Part shown: piece after piece, positions 1 through 6,869 of the stretch
How positions within the stretch are numbered: position 1 is the first letter of the stretch
Layout of the letters: every line of letters starts with the position of its first letter
Made by a program: the position numbers and the translations under genes
IMG/VR virus record: IMGVR_UViG_2695420863_000013
DNA length: 13,420 nucleotides
From: a virus
Lineage: Duplodnaviria > Heunggongvirae > Uroviricota > Caudoviricetes
Reading direction: 5' to 3' (one strand)
Notes under the pieces: generated by a model
Told to the model about the DNA's origin: nothing
The model's input: only the letters and a program-made list of their open reading frames with translations
Databases searched by the model: none

Positions 1-116
1 GTAATGGCAACCGGTCCGCCGTATGGCTGCCAGCCCTCTTTCAGTTTGTGTGTCAGCTTTTCCGCAAGGTCTGACGGCGACGCCGCCCTGACAACATCAT
101 AATGTTTAATCGACAT
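1..116 (-). CDS. Hypothetical protein, N-terminal fragment (gene continues beyond the left edge of the window)
   Basis: ATG at 116..114 preceded by GGGAGA Shine-Dalgarno 8 nt upstream; open frame reads MSIKHYDVVRAASPSDLAEKLTHKLKEGWQPYGGPVAI to the window edge. No family assigned. Confidence 0.4.
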   Translation of the reverse strand, partial: MSIKHYDVVRAASPSDLAEKLTHKLKEGWQPYGGPVAI

Positions 117-202
117 CGAATTTCTCCCGTGTAGAGGAACAGAGTTAAAAAGCCGGAAGCGGAATCAAATCACAGGATGACCATCTGCCAGTGGCTGGTC
201 GT

Positions 203-229
203 AAAAAAAAGGCCGCGCCATGCGCAGCC
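203..229 (-). terminator. Rho-independent terminator (GC-rich hairpin followed by T8 on minus strand)
   Basis: Minus strand reads GGCTGCGC-ATG-GCGCGGCC followed by TTTTTTTT (plus-strand A8 at 203-210). Lies downstream of the TerB-like gene and small ORF. Confidence 0.6.
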
Positions 230-430
230 GAAAATAAAGGGATAACGATGATAGTTTGAGAAAAACAGAAATAACACTTTTGTGGCAAAGCATGGTGCCG
301 GGTGCCTCCCGGTGAATTCAGTATCAGCACCTGAATCCGCGATTACCCCATATTCCTTCTTGCTGATTGCCCCACCGCACAGGGGGATTCACCATGCAGA
401 AGTGTTTTTAATAAACAGCAAACAAAAAAA

Positions 431-544
431 TCAAGCATTATGCAGGCTGTTTCTTTTTATCACCGGCCACAGCAATACCATAATGCCGCAGACCAGCACC
501 CCATCCGCCAGCACCGACATGATTCTGCTGGTGAAATCCACCAT
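431..544 (-). CDS. Possible small hydrophobic protein (37 aa, one predicted transmembrane segment)
   Basis: ATG at 544 to TGA at 431; translation MVDFTSRIMSVLADGVLVCGIMVLLWPVIKRNSLHNA. Below the size cutoff of the ORF track. No convincing Shine-Dalgarno; sits between the TerB-like gene and the terminator. Confidence 0.25.
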   Translation of the reverse strand: MVDFTSRIMSVLADGVLVCGIMVLLWPVIKRNSLHNA

Positions 545-593
545 CACCACCAGAAACAGCAGGAGTGCAGCCACAGTCAGGCGCAGTTTTACC

Positions 594-1027
594 GTCACAG
601 GTAATTCTCCAGACGAAGACCCAGAACACCGGCAATCTCTTCCAGCACCTTGCGCTCTTCCGGCTCAATTTCGCCGTCTGCCTCCGCAATGGCCACCGCC
701 ACATCCAGCACATCTTCCGCTTCACGCGTATCGTGTTTCACATCCTCGATCTCACGTAACGCCGCACGACGACCAGTTTTAAAGTTCGTATCCAGCTGAC
801 CGATAATGGTTGCGCTAATCGCATTAATTTCTGACGTAAACGCGTACAGCGCAGGCTGATTACGCAGTACCTGTTCGATCTTCGCTTTCTAGGAAGCCTC
901 ACATTCACCATCTGCACAGGCCACCAGGTATGCGGCGTTAATCACCACCTGTGCCAGATCGCGTTTTTCAAACTTTCTAATTTCCGTTGCCGCTCTGCGG
1001 GCTTTTTTTACCAAAAATACCAAACAT
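594..1027 (-). pseudogene. TerB-family (tellurite-resistance TerB-like) gene disrupted by a frameshift and an in-frame TAG
   Basis: ATG at 1027 with AAGGAA Shine-Dalgarno gives MFGIFGKKSPQSGNGN then stop. The TerB-like frame continues out of frame (ARRAATEIRKFEKRDLAQVVINAAYLVACADGECEAS-stop-KAKIEQVL...EADGEIEPEERKVLEEIAGVLGLRLENYL). The shift maps to a T7/A7 homopolymer at 1003-1009 and the amber codon to 889-891. Resemblance to TerB is from recalled sequence. Confidence 0.6.
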
Positions 1028-1196
1028 CGTGACGTTCCTTTGGGTGGGTGAGCCAACGCCCGGGAGCGATCTGCCCACAGAGAAAGTCACACTGACCACT
1101 CCATAAGCTCCCCCCGAAAGGCTCTGTGGTTGGTATGCGCCGGGCGTGGTGCGGATACAAAAAAGGTCCGCAAAAGCGAGCGAGGGAAAATAAGTG

Positions 1197-1273
1197 TGGT
1201 GCGTTGTACTGGGTTCGAACCAGTGACCGATTGCTTAGAAGGCAATTGCTCTGTCCGGCTGAGCTAAAAACGC
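1197..1273 (-). tRNA. argO: tRNA-Arg (anticodon TCT), 77 nt with encoded CCA
   Basis: Minus-strand cloverleaf: D stem GCTC/GAGC, anticodon stem ATTGC/GCAAT with loop CTTCTAA, T loop TTCGAAC, 3' CCA. One T-C mismatch in the acceptor stem. Symbol inferred from the ileZ-argN-argO order known in lambdoid/Stx phages. Confidence 0.75.
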
Positions 1274-1286
1274 AGAATACCGATAA

Positions 1287-1363
1287 TGGACCGCCATCGG
1301 AGACTCGAACCCCGCGAAACCAGCTTCGAAGGCTGGCGTTCTATCCCGATGAGCTAATGGCGG
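1287..1363 (-). tRNA. argN: tRNA-Arg (anticodon TCG), 77 nt with encoded CCA
   Basis: Minus-strand cloverleaf: perfect acceptor stem CCGCCAT/ATGGCGG (C1-G72), anticodon stem CCAGC/GCTGG with loop CTTCGAA, T loop TTCGAGT, 3' CCA. One mismatch in the D stem. Symbol assigned by order only. Confidence 0.7.
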
Positions 1364-1370
1364 TATGTGA

Positions 1371-1446
1371 TGGTGGCCCTTGCTGGATTTGAACCAGCGG
1401 CCTGGCGATTATGAGTCGCTCGCTCTCACCACTGAGCTAAAGGGCC
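1371..1446 (-). tRNA. ileZ: tRNA-Ile2 (anticodon CAT, lysidine type), 76 nt with encoded CCA
   Basis: Minus strand reads GGCCCTTTAGCTCAGTGGTGAGAGCGAGCGACTCATAATCGCCAGGCCGCTGGTTCAAATCCAGCAAGGGCCACCA. Near-identical in architecture to E. coli tRNA-Ile2 (ileX/ileY) as recalled; perfect acceptor stem. Confidence 0.85.
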
Positions 1447-1455
1447 GGGCGCAGG

Positions 1456-1484
1456 ATAATAACGTTACGAAATCAATGTTGCAA
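1456..1484 (-). promoter_or_regulatory. Sigma-70 promoter for the tRNA cluster (TTGCAA -17- TATTAT)
   Basis: Minus strand has -35 TTGCAA (1484..1479), a 17-nt spacer, and -10 TATTAT (1461..1456), ending 9 nt upstream of the tRNA-Ile 5' end. Confidence 0.55.
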
Positions 1485-1564
1485 GCATTCAAGAATCACC
1501 TGGTTAAAAATTACCCTTGCTTCCTCCACCAGCGCATTCACCATGTCTATCCGAGATAAGTGGC

Positions 1565-1598
1565 ACAAAAAAACCCGCTTGTGGGCGGGTTTTGTTTG
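1565..1598. terminator. Bidirectional intrinsic terminator just downstream of the Q-like gene (candidate tR'-like late terminator)
   Basis: Hairpin CCCGC-TTGTGG-GCGGG at 1574-1589, flanked by A7 upstream and TTTTGTTTGCTTTT downstream, so U-tracts exist on both strands. Position between Q and the tRNAs matches lambdoid pR'/tR' layout. Confidence 0.6.
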
Positions 1599-1656
1599 CT
1601 TTTGCCATCACGTACAAAATCGGCAAAATATCAGATTTGCATGAAATATATGCCTT

Positions 1657-2346
1657 TCAATCTACTTTTGCAACACTTTGCTTTGAAAATGCCGCCTTTT
1701 GTTTTGAACGCGTTCTCATTACAAACAATAAAGCCTCACTATCCAGTCGGTGAAAAATGTGTTTCATTGCAACCCAGTGACGAGTAAATGTTTTGGACCA
1801 GTTTTTAGTTGTCACTCCCACCAGTAATGCCAGCTCCTTGTATTCATAACCTTCCCCACCAAAAAGTTCTGCTTTTACTGCCTGCGCCGCCAGCCAGATT
1901 AATTTTTTCAGGCGTTCCTGCGTTTTCCCTGCAATTTTTCTGGTACCGGATTGAGTATTAAATTCATTCCACGCCCACTGTGTTATCGCGATCTGATATT
2001 CCCAACAAATACTCCCGCTGTAACACCACAACAACCAGGCTTTATGATGTTCTTCAAGAGACAGAACAGCCCGCCGCCACGATGATGTCGAAAACTCAAT
2101 CGGACTGACCAGAGGAATTGACGTCCCCTTCGCCAGCGATTGCTTTCCCGGGATTGGGGGATTATCCCGCGTTATCATTTTTCCAGTCACTTCATCGCGG
2201 TACCGGATTTTTTTACGCCTGTAACGCCCTGTATCGAACATGGCATTCTCCTGCCAGGCTTCAAGCTGACCTTTTGTTGCCCCACTCAAATCAGCGGTGG
2301 CGATAATGAGCTGCTCACGCACAAACTGTAAATACTGGTTATTCAT
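1657..2346 (-). CDS. Q-like late antiterminator (by position and loose family resemblance)
   Basis: Probable start ATG at 2346, overlapping the rusA TGA stop as ATGA (the track ORF begins 2 codons earlier at GTG 2352). Immediately upstream of a terminator and the tRNA cluster and downstream of rusA, the canonical Q position. No zinc finger of the lambda-Q type was seen, so the family is uncertain. Confidence 0.55.
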   Translation of the reverse strand: MNNQYLQFVREQLIIATADLSGATKGQLEAWQENAMFDTGRYRRKKIRYRDEVTGKMITRDNPPIPGKQSLAKGTSIPLVSPIEFSTSSWRRAVLSLEEHHKAWLLWCYSGSICWEYQIAITQWAWNEFNTQSGTRKIAGKTQERLKKLIWLAAQAVKAELFGGEGYEYKELALLVGVTTKNWSKTFTRHWVAMKHIFHRLDSEALLFVMRTRSKQKAAFSKQSVAKVD

Positions 2347-2708
2347 GCGCACCCCAGTTCTGTGATTTTTATCCCCAACCGCCCACCAGGAACAAGCTGA
2401 CCGCGCACAATATTGATTTCATCAAACTGCTCGTCGTCTATGAGCAGCCCCGCATGCGTCAGTGCATCCAGTGGTGCCTTCAGGATATTGTCCAGGTCAC
2501 GACGGCGCTTATCCGGTGGCTCTGCAATAATTTTTATTGCCAGCCTTCCGGACAGGTTTAATTTCAACCGCTGCTGGCGAACAATTAGTGCCACATCACG
2601 GCGATAACGCTCACCGACTTTTGATACAAAATATGTGCTGCCACGACGTCGCCAGTAAGTATTCACCGTTGGCGGGTAAGGCAAAACAAATTCTATGCGT
2701 TCAGTCAT
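2343..2708 (-). CDS. rusA: Holliday junction resolvase RusA
   Basis: 121-aa protein MTERIEFVLPYPPTVNTYWRRRG...PDKRRRDLDNILKAPLDALTHAGLLIDDEQ...GGRLGIKITELG. The RRRDLDN motif and overall pattern match RusA of DLP12 as recalled. Start abuts the upstream gene's stop. Confidence 0.85.
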   Translation of the reverse strand: MTERIEFVLPYPPTVNTYWRRRGSTYFVSKVGERYRRDVALIVRQQRLKLNLSGRLAIKIIAEPPDKRRRDLDNILKAPLDALTHAGLLIDDEQFDEINIVRGQLVPGGRLGIKITELGCA

Positions 2709-3764
2709 TTATGCTTTCCACTTCAGGACGCCCGAATTTCTCGCGTGCATTAAAAAACGAATCAGCAACAACAGCTGGCTGCCGTGTTTTTCTTCAAAAT
2801 CTTTTACCCCGGCGTGCAGTTCGTTATGACATTTACGGCACAGCGGAATAACAAACAAATCGTCAGCCTTCGTTCCCATCCCTCCTAGTCCATGACCAAT
2901 GATGTGATGCGGATCATCTGCCTGATTGTCACACGTCATGCATTTCTGCGTTTTTACCCAGCGCGTGTATACGGGCATCTCTTCCCGTTGTGGTTTCTGG
3001 CGCTGGAGATACTGAGCCGGTGACTCCGGATCAACGGCAATGCTTACCACCGTCTTTTCCTGTGGCGGGTTTTGCTGGTGGGCGTGAGGCATCGGCGCAA
3101 GATTTTTTGTGCGCTGCTTCAGTATGCTGGTGGCGGTCTGCTCTCCCGGCACGATGTCGCTTTCACGGTACATTGAGCGGATTTTTTCCGCACGCAACCC
3201 CAGCGAACGACGTAATACCGCTTCCGGTAGCGCGTCCGCCACCTGATTGCGGACCGCCCACCAGGATAATTCAGCCAGCGATAATTCCCGTTCCTGCGAG
3301 CCATTCATTGCATGGCGTATGACGTCAATCATCCATGCAGACAGGTTTTGGTGAGCAAGTTGCCCGAGTGATTCGGAGGTCTGGTCGCGCAGCTGGTTGT
3401 CGCAGTGCCAGCACAACACCATTGCGCCGGTACCATAACGGTGAATGACGGTTTCACTGTGGTGATAATCGCCGTGTGGCCACTGGCAGGATTTAACATG
3501 GCGCAGTAACCAATCAGACAATGCGCCAGCGCCACCAGCAGCACGAATCACTCGTTCGTCGCTGAAAAATGGCAGTAATGATTTATCCTCCGCCAGCGGC
3601 TGGCGAACGGCAGGAACGACCCCGGACGGCAGATTACGCATGCTTTTCGGTTCCGGCTCCACCAGTACCCGGGTATTGTGGAATACCGGCATGGATTCAC
3701 GGCCCGGCTTAACGATCACCAGCCCGAGTTCCGGTACCAGAACAGGTCGAAGTAATACCCGCAC
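2709..3764 (-). CDS. DUF968-type phage protein (YdfU-like) with a C-terminal HNH nuclease motif
   Basis: 351-aa ORF with GTG start at 3764 preceded by GGAGGT Shine-Dalgarno. C-terminus has CMTCDNQ...HHIIGH...CRKCHNELH (CxxC...HH...CxxCHxxxH, HNH-like). Same position as ydfU in the Qin prophage (quuQ-ydfU-rem-hokD), as recalled. Confidence 0.6.
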   Translation of the reverse strand: MRVLLRPVLVPELGLVIVKPGRESMPVFHNTRVLVEPEPKSMRNLPSGVVPAVRQPLAEDKSLLPFFSDERVIRAAGGAGALSDWLLRHVKSCQWPHGDYHHSETVIHRYGTGAMVLCWHCDNQLRDQTSESLGQLAHQNLSAWMIDVIRHAMNGSQERELSLAELSWWAVRNQVADALPEAVLRRSLGLRAEKIRSMYRESDIVPGEQTATSILKQRTKNLAPMPHAHQQNPPQEKTVVSIAVDPESPAQYLQRQKPQREEMPVYTRWVKTQKCMTCDNQADDPHHIIGHGLGGMGTKADDLFVIPLCRKCHNELHAGVKDFEEKHGSQLLLLIRFLMHARNSGVLKWKA

Positions 3765-4080
3765 GTTACCTCCAGATGCGTTGCTGGAATGTGCGGGACG
3801 GACGCGGTGGGCGTTCGGAGTAAGGGAGTCTGACTGAGATTATCCAGTGACGATAGTCGAGACTAAGAGCTTTCTTAACCTCGTATCCACGCCTGCGGTA
3901 ACACTGAATTATCCATTCAGCCTGCTCTTCAGTGCATGGAGGATGCTGGAACCAGTCTGATGTGAATGCGTGAAAACGCCGTCCGCACCTGCTGGCAAAG
4001 ACAGCAGAATCATTAGAATTGTGTAATTTGGTATCGTGCGCCATCGGTTGTCTCTGCTGGCGCAGCAGGTGCCAGTTGTT
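3067..4080. repeat. Direct repeat copy A of a ~1-kb segment (5' two-thirds of DUF968 gene + small basic protein gene)
   Basis: Sequence from 3067 is identical or near-identical to 4413 onward (ctggtgggcgtgaggcatcggcgcaagattttttgtgcgctgcttcag...); homology continues with increasing divergence into the small-protein genes. Confidence 0.7.
3766..4044 (-). CDS. Small basic phage protein (Rem-like position), copy 1 of a paralogous pair
   Basis: Start placed at internal ATG 4044 (MAHDTKLHNSNDSAVFASRCGRR...) by alignment with the paralog at 5103..5375; the longer track ORF (to 4173) would run through the hok terminator. Stop lies 1 nt before the DUF968 start. Confidence 0.5.
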   Translation of the reverse strand: MAHDTKLHNSNDSAVFASRCGRRFHAFTSDWFQHPPCTEEQAEWIIQCYRRRGYEVKKALSLDYRHWIISVRLPYSERPPRPSRTFQQRIWR

Positions 4081-4116
4081 CAGGCTGGCGTGCGAATTGT
4101 AAACCAGAATGCCAGG

Positions 4117-4143
4117 AAAAAACAAAACCCGCCGAAGCGGGTT
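4117..4143 (-). terminator. Intrinsic terminator downstream of hok copy 1 (copy 1 of a repeated hairpin)
   Basis: Hairpin AACCCGC-CGAA-GCGGGTT (4126-4143) followed on the minus strand by TTTTGTTTTTT. Confidence 0.6.
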
Positions 4144-4211
4144 AAGTGCGGGTGCATTGAGGATGCCTGACACATCAGAGGTGGCGAGGGATTTCTCCCC
4201 CGCCTGGTCTC

Positions 4212-4367
4212 TTACTCCTCAGGTTCGTAAGCTGTGAAGACAGCGACCTCCGTCTGGCCGGTTCGGATTCGTACCTCGCAGAGGTCTTTCCTCGTTACCA
4301 GTGCCGTCACTATGACGGTTAAACAGATGACGATCAGGACGATTAACATCGCCTTTTGCTGCTTCAT
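4212..4367 (-). CDS. hok: Hok-family type I toxin (HokD/RelF-like), copy 1
   Basis: 51-aa MKQQKAMLIVLIVICLTVIVTALVTRKDLCEVRIRTGQTEVAVFTAYEPEE; matches HokD/RelF as recalled except one A-to-V change. Start set at the MKQQ methionine within the longer track ORF. Confidence 0.85.
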   Translation of the reverse strand: MKQQKAMLIVLIVICLTVIVTALVTRKDLCEVRIRTGQTEVAVFTAYEPEE

Positions 4368-4402
4368 AGCCTGCTTCTCCTTGCCTTTCGGCACGTAAGA
4401 GG

Positions 4403-5101
4403 CTAACCTAACTGGTGGGCGTGAGGCATCGGCGCAAGATTTTTTGTGCGCTGCTTCAGTATGCTGGTGGCGGTCTGCTCTCCCGGCACGATGTCGCTTT
4501 CACGGTACATTGAGCGGATTTTTTCCGCACGCAACCCCAGCGAACGACGTAATACCGCTTCCGGTAGCGCGTCCGCCACCTGATTGCGGACCGCCCACCA
4601 GGATAATTCAGCCAGAGATAATTCACGCTCCTGCGTACCGCTTATTGCGTGACCGATGACGTCAATCATCCATGCTGACAGGTTTTGATGAGCAAGTTGC
4701 CCGAGTGATTCGGAGGTCTGGTCACGCAACTGGTTGTCGCAGTGCCAGCACAACACCATTGCGCCGGTACCATAACGGTGAATGACGGTTTCGCTGTGAT
4801 GATAATCGCCGTGTGGCCACTGGCAGGATTTAATATGGCGCAACAGCCAGTCAGACAATGCACCAGCACCACCAGCAGCACGAATCACCCGTGCGTTACT
4901 GAAAAACGGCAGCAATGTTTTGTCTTCCACCAGCGGCTGGCGAACGGCAGGAACGACCCCGGACGGCAGATTACGCATGCTTTTCGGTTCCGGCTCCACC
5001 AGTACCCGGGTATTGTGGAATACCGGCATGGATTCACGGCCCGGCTTAACGATCACCAGCCCGAGTTCCGGTACCAGAACAGGTCGAAGTAATACCCGCA
5101 C
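4403..5101 (-). CDS. Truncated DUF968 paralog (232 aa; lacks the C-terminal HNH region), probable gene remnant
   Basis: N-terminal ~230 aa nearly identical to the 2709..3764 protein, then ends at TAG 4403-4405 exactly where homology to the hok cassette begins. GTG start at 5101 abuts the upstream gene's stop. Confidence 0.6.
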   Translation of the reverse strand: MRVLLRPVLVPELGLVIVKPGRESMPVFHNTRVLVEPEPKSMRNLPSGVVPAVRQPLVEDKTLLPFFSNARVIRAAGGAGALSDWLLRHIKSCQWPHGDYHHSETVIHRYGTGAMVLCWHCDNQLRDQTSESLGQLAHQNLSAWMIDVIGHAISGTQERELSLAELSWWAVRNQVADALPEAVLRRSLGLRAEKIRSMYRESDIVPGEQTATSILKQRTKNLAPMPHAHQLG

Positions 5102-5420
5102 GTTACCTCCAGATGCGTTGCTGGAATGTGCGGGACGGACGCGGTGGGCGTTCGGAATAAGGGAGTCTGACGTAGATTATCCAGTGACGATAATCGAGGG
5201 TGAGGGCTTTCCTAAACTCATATCCACGTCTGCGGTAGTTATGAATCAGCCATTCGGCCTGTTCTTCAGTACAGGGATCGTGCTGATACCAGTCATATTT
5301 GAATGCGTGAGAACGCCACCCGTGCCTGCTGGCAAAGGCAGAATCAGAATTGCGAAATTTGAAATTATGCGCCATTGTCATCTCCAATGGCGCTGCAGGT
5401 TGCCAGTTGTTCAGGCTGGC
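4413..5420. repeat. Direct repeat copy B of the same ~1-kb segment
   Basis: Pairs with 3067-4080; junction with the hok cassette at 4404-4412. Confidence 0.7.
5103..5375 (-). CDS. Small basic phage protein (Rem-like position), copy 2 of a paralogous pair
   Basis: ATG at 5375 (MAHNFKFRNSDSAFASRHGWRS...) with GGAG 6 nt upstream; C-terminal half closely matches copy 1 (…LDYRHWII.VRLPYSERPPRPSRTFQQRIWR). Confidence 0.5.
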   Translation of the reverse strand: MAHNFKFRNSDSAFASRHGWRSHAFKYDWYQHDPCTEEQAEWLIHNYRRRGYEFRKALTLDYRHWIIYVRLPYSERPPRPSRTFQQRIWR

Positions 5421-5434
5421 TCACGTATTATAAC

Positions 5435-5608
5435 TTATTCCCGAACTACCTTGAAACCGAGTCTTTCCAAGTATTCAATGAATGCCTCAACAGATAACAC
5501 TACATGATCATCAGGAATTAACGCTGTGTAGGTAATACCCCCATTCTCAACGCGCACAGCATAGAGGCCATCTTCACTAAAAATTTCACGTAATTCTTCG
5601 ATTTTCAT
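5435..5608 (-). CDS. Hypothetical small protein (57 aa)
   Basis: ATG at 5608 with AAGGA Shine-Dalgarno 8 nt upstream; MKIEELREIFSEDGLYAVRVENGGITYTALIPDDHVVLSVEAFIEYLERLGFKVVRE. No family recognised. Confidence 0.45.
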   Translation of the reverse strand: MKIEELREIFSEDGLYAVRVENGGITYTALIPDDHVVLSVEAFIEYLERLGFKVVRE

Positions 5609-5691
5609 CAACAGAATCCTTCCAGATAAATAGCACTCCCCCTGTTCGGGGTCCATCCCTCTTCTCCCTGCGCGCTACTTAAGTATTTTTG

Positions 5692-5721
5692 ATTCTATTC
5701 TGGCACCGTCCAAAACTTCAA
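5692..5721 (-). promoter_or_regulatory. Candidate sigma-70 promoter for the 57-aa ORF (TTGAAG -18- TAGAAT)
   Basis: Minus strand has -35 TTGAAG (5721..5716), an 18-nt spacer, and -10 TAGAAT (5697..5692), just downstream of the module terminator. Confidence 0.3.
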
Positions 5722-5729
5722 ACACGTTG

Positions 5730-5761
5730 AAAATAAAAACAAAAAACCCGCCGAAGCGGGT
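5730..5761 (-). terminator. Intrinsic terminator downstream of the HTH-peptidase gene (copy 2 of a repeated hairpin)
   Basis: Hairpin ACCCGC-CGAA-GCGGGT (5746-5761) followed on the minus strand by TTTTTTGTTTTTATTTT; starts 5 nt after the 5766 stop. Confidence 0.7.
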
Positions 5762-5765
5762 ATAC

Positions 5766-6869
5766 TCAAACAATCTGGAAAATATTTCTTGGATTTGTAA
5801 TAGGTCTGTTGATGGAGAACAACTCACGAATTAAATCTTGGCTCAAGCCAGTTTTCATAAGAATTCTTAGCCAGGTTGCATCATCCAGCATTTCAATCGC
5901 CTCGGCCAGCATGCCGGGTTCTTCAGGGCGCAAAAGTTCATCACCAGGTTCAACTCTCGTATACCCTCTGGAATTAAGATGCATATAGCCAGTTCTTGCC
6001 TGTTCCTGGGTCAATAAGCCTAATGCGCTGGCTCGATAAATACACATTTTAAGGCTGATTTTCCATCTAAGTTTAAATTCAACCAGAGCATTCCAGTCGA
6101 ATTGCTTACCTCGTATTCGTGGAAATTCTTTAATGAAAGATAACCTGGGAACTAATAAGGCGCTCGAAAAGTGATCGGCTTGTGATTCCGTAAGTTTATC
6201 ACCTGTCGTTATGCCCTCATGCATTACTAAATGCCCTAATTCATGACCTAAATCAGAGCGAAATCTACATATGCTTTTTTTAACATTGTTCCTGATGATA
6301 ACAGGCCTGTTATTGTGAACAGTAAAAGCATCAACACGATCATCGACTCCCGTAACATGCGCAACGATTACCCCTAAACTCTCCGCCAATTTAACCATTG
6401 ATGATATAGGGCCAAGACCTAAATTCCAGGCACGGCGACAATCTTCTGCCACTCGCTCAATATCATTCGGAGTAAGTAATTCAGCCCCTGGGTGCTCCGG
6501 TATGTTAACGTCAGGAAATTCGATTTCACCTTCAACAGCAGAAATTATAATATTAAGAATCTCAGCCCTGGCCAATACACTATTAGTCAGCGTTTGAGTC
6601 CTGGACTTCTTACTCCGAAAATGGCAGACATCACTTTCCAGAGCGTATTTTCGTTCAGTAAAAAGAAAACTGGACTTAATCATAAGCGCTGAAGATATTA
6701 ACTCAAGACATTGCTCCGATGGCCTGCACCCCTTCTCCAGTTTGCTAACGAATTGCTTTGTCTTGCCAATTTTTTCGGCTAACTCTTCACAAGAAAGCCC
6801 AACAGCCATTCTCGCTAGTTTGAGCTTATCACCCCGATACTCAGTGAAGTTATTCACCTGATGTTCCAT
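5766..6869 (-). CDS. XRE-family HTH fused to an ImmA/IrrE-type (COG2856, Peptidase_M78-like) zinc metallopeptidase
   Basis: N-terminal HTH (LKLARMAVGLSCEELAEKIGKTKQFVSKLEKG). HEXXH zinc motif in RSDLGHELGHLVMHEG, and the downstream signature ESQADHFSSALLVP typical of COG2856. Start probably ATG 6869 (track gives GTG 6872); overlaps the upstream gene by about 20 nt. AT-rich relative to flanks. Confidence 0.75.
   Translation of the reverse strand: MEHQVNNFTEYRGDKLKLARMAVGLSCEELAEKIGKTKQFVSKLEKGCRPSEQCLELISSALMIKSSFLFTERKYALESDVCHFRSKKSRTQTLTNSVLARAEILNIIISAVEGEIEFPDVNIPEHPGAELLTPNDIERVAEDCRRAWNLGLGPISSMVKLAESLGVIVAHVTGVDDRVDAFTVHNNRPVIIRNNVKKSICRFRSDLGHELGHLVMHEGITTGDKLTESQADHFSSALLVPRLSFIKEFPRIRGKQFDWNALVEFKLRWKISLKMCIYRASALGLLTQEQARTGYMHLNSRGYTRVEPGDELLRPEEPGMLAEAIEMLDDATWLRILMKTGLSQDLIRELFSINRPITNPRNIFQIV

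Noticed and set aside
282-782. 166-aa plus-strand ORF (also 438..725 minus and 565..759 plus)
   Set aside because: It overlaps, in antisense or out of frame, the TerB-like gene and small ORF on the minus strand; the translation is proline/serine/histidine-rich and low-complexity with no start context. It looks like a GC-driven spurious ORF.
1028-1196. Possible terminator or structured RNA between the tRNA-Arg 3' end and the TerB-like gene start
   Set aside because: Only short 3-4 bp stems next to an A/T run (for example around 1160-1185) were found, not a convincing hairpin. The region is left as unannotated intergenic DNA containing the TerB-like ribosome-binding site.
2990-3322. Plus-strand ORFs inside the DUF968 genes (2990..3322, 4444..4659, 4742..5092, 4920..5507)
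   Set aside because: All lie antisense to better-supported minus-strand genes, lack ribosome-binding sites and have low-complexity translations. They recur in both repeat copies only because the DNA is duplicated.
3766-4173. 135-aa version of the small basic protein ORF
   Set aside because: The N-terminal 43 codons would be translated through the hok terminator hairpin and are not shared with the paralog; the internal ATG at 4044 gives a product that aligns with copy 2 from its first residues.
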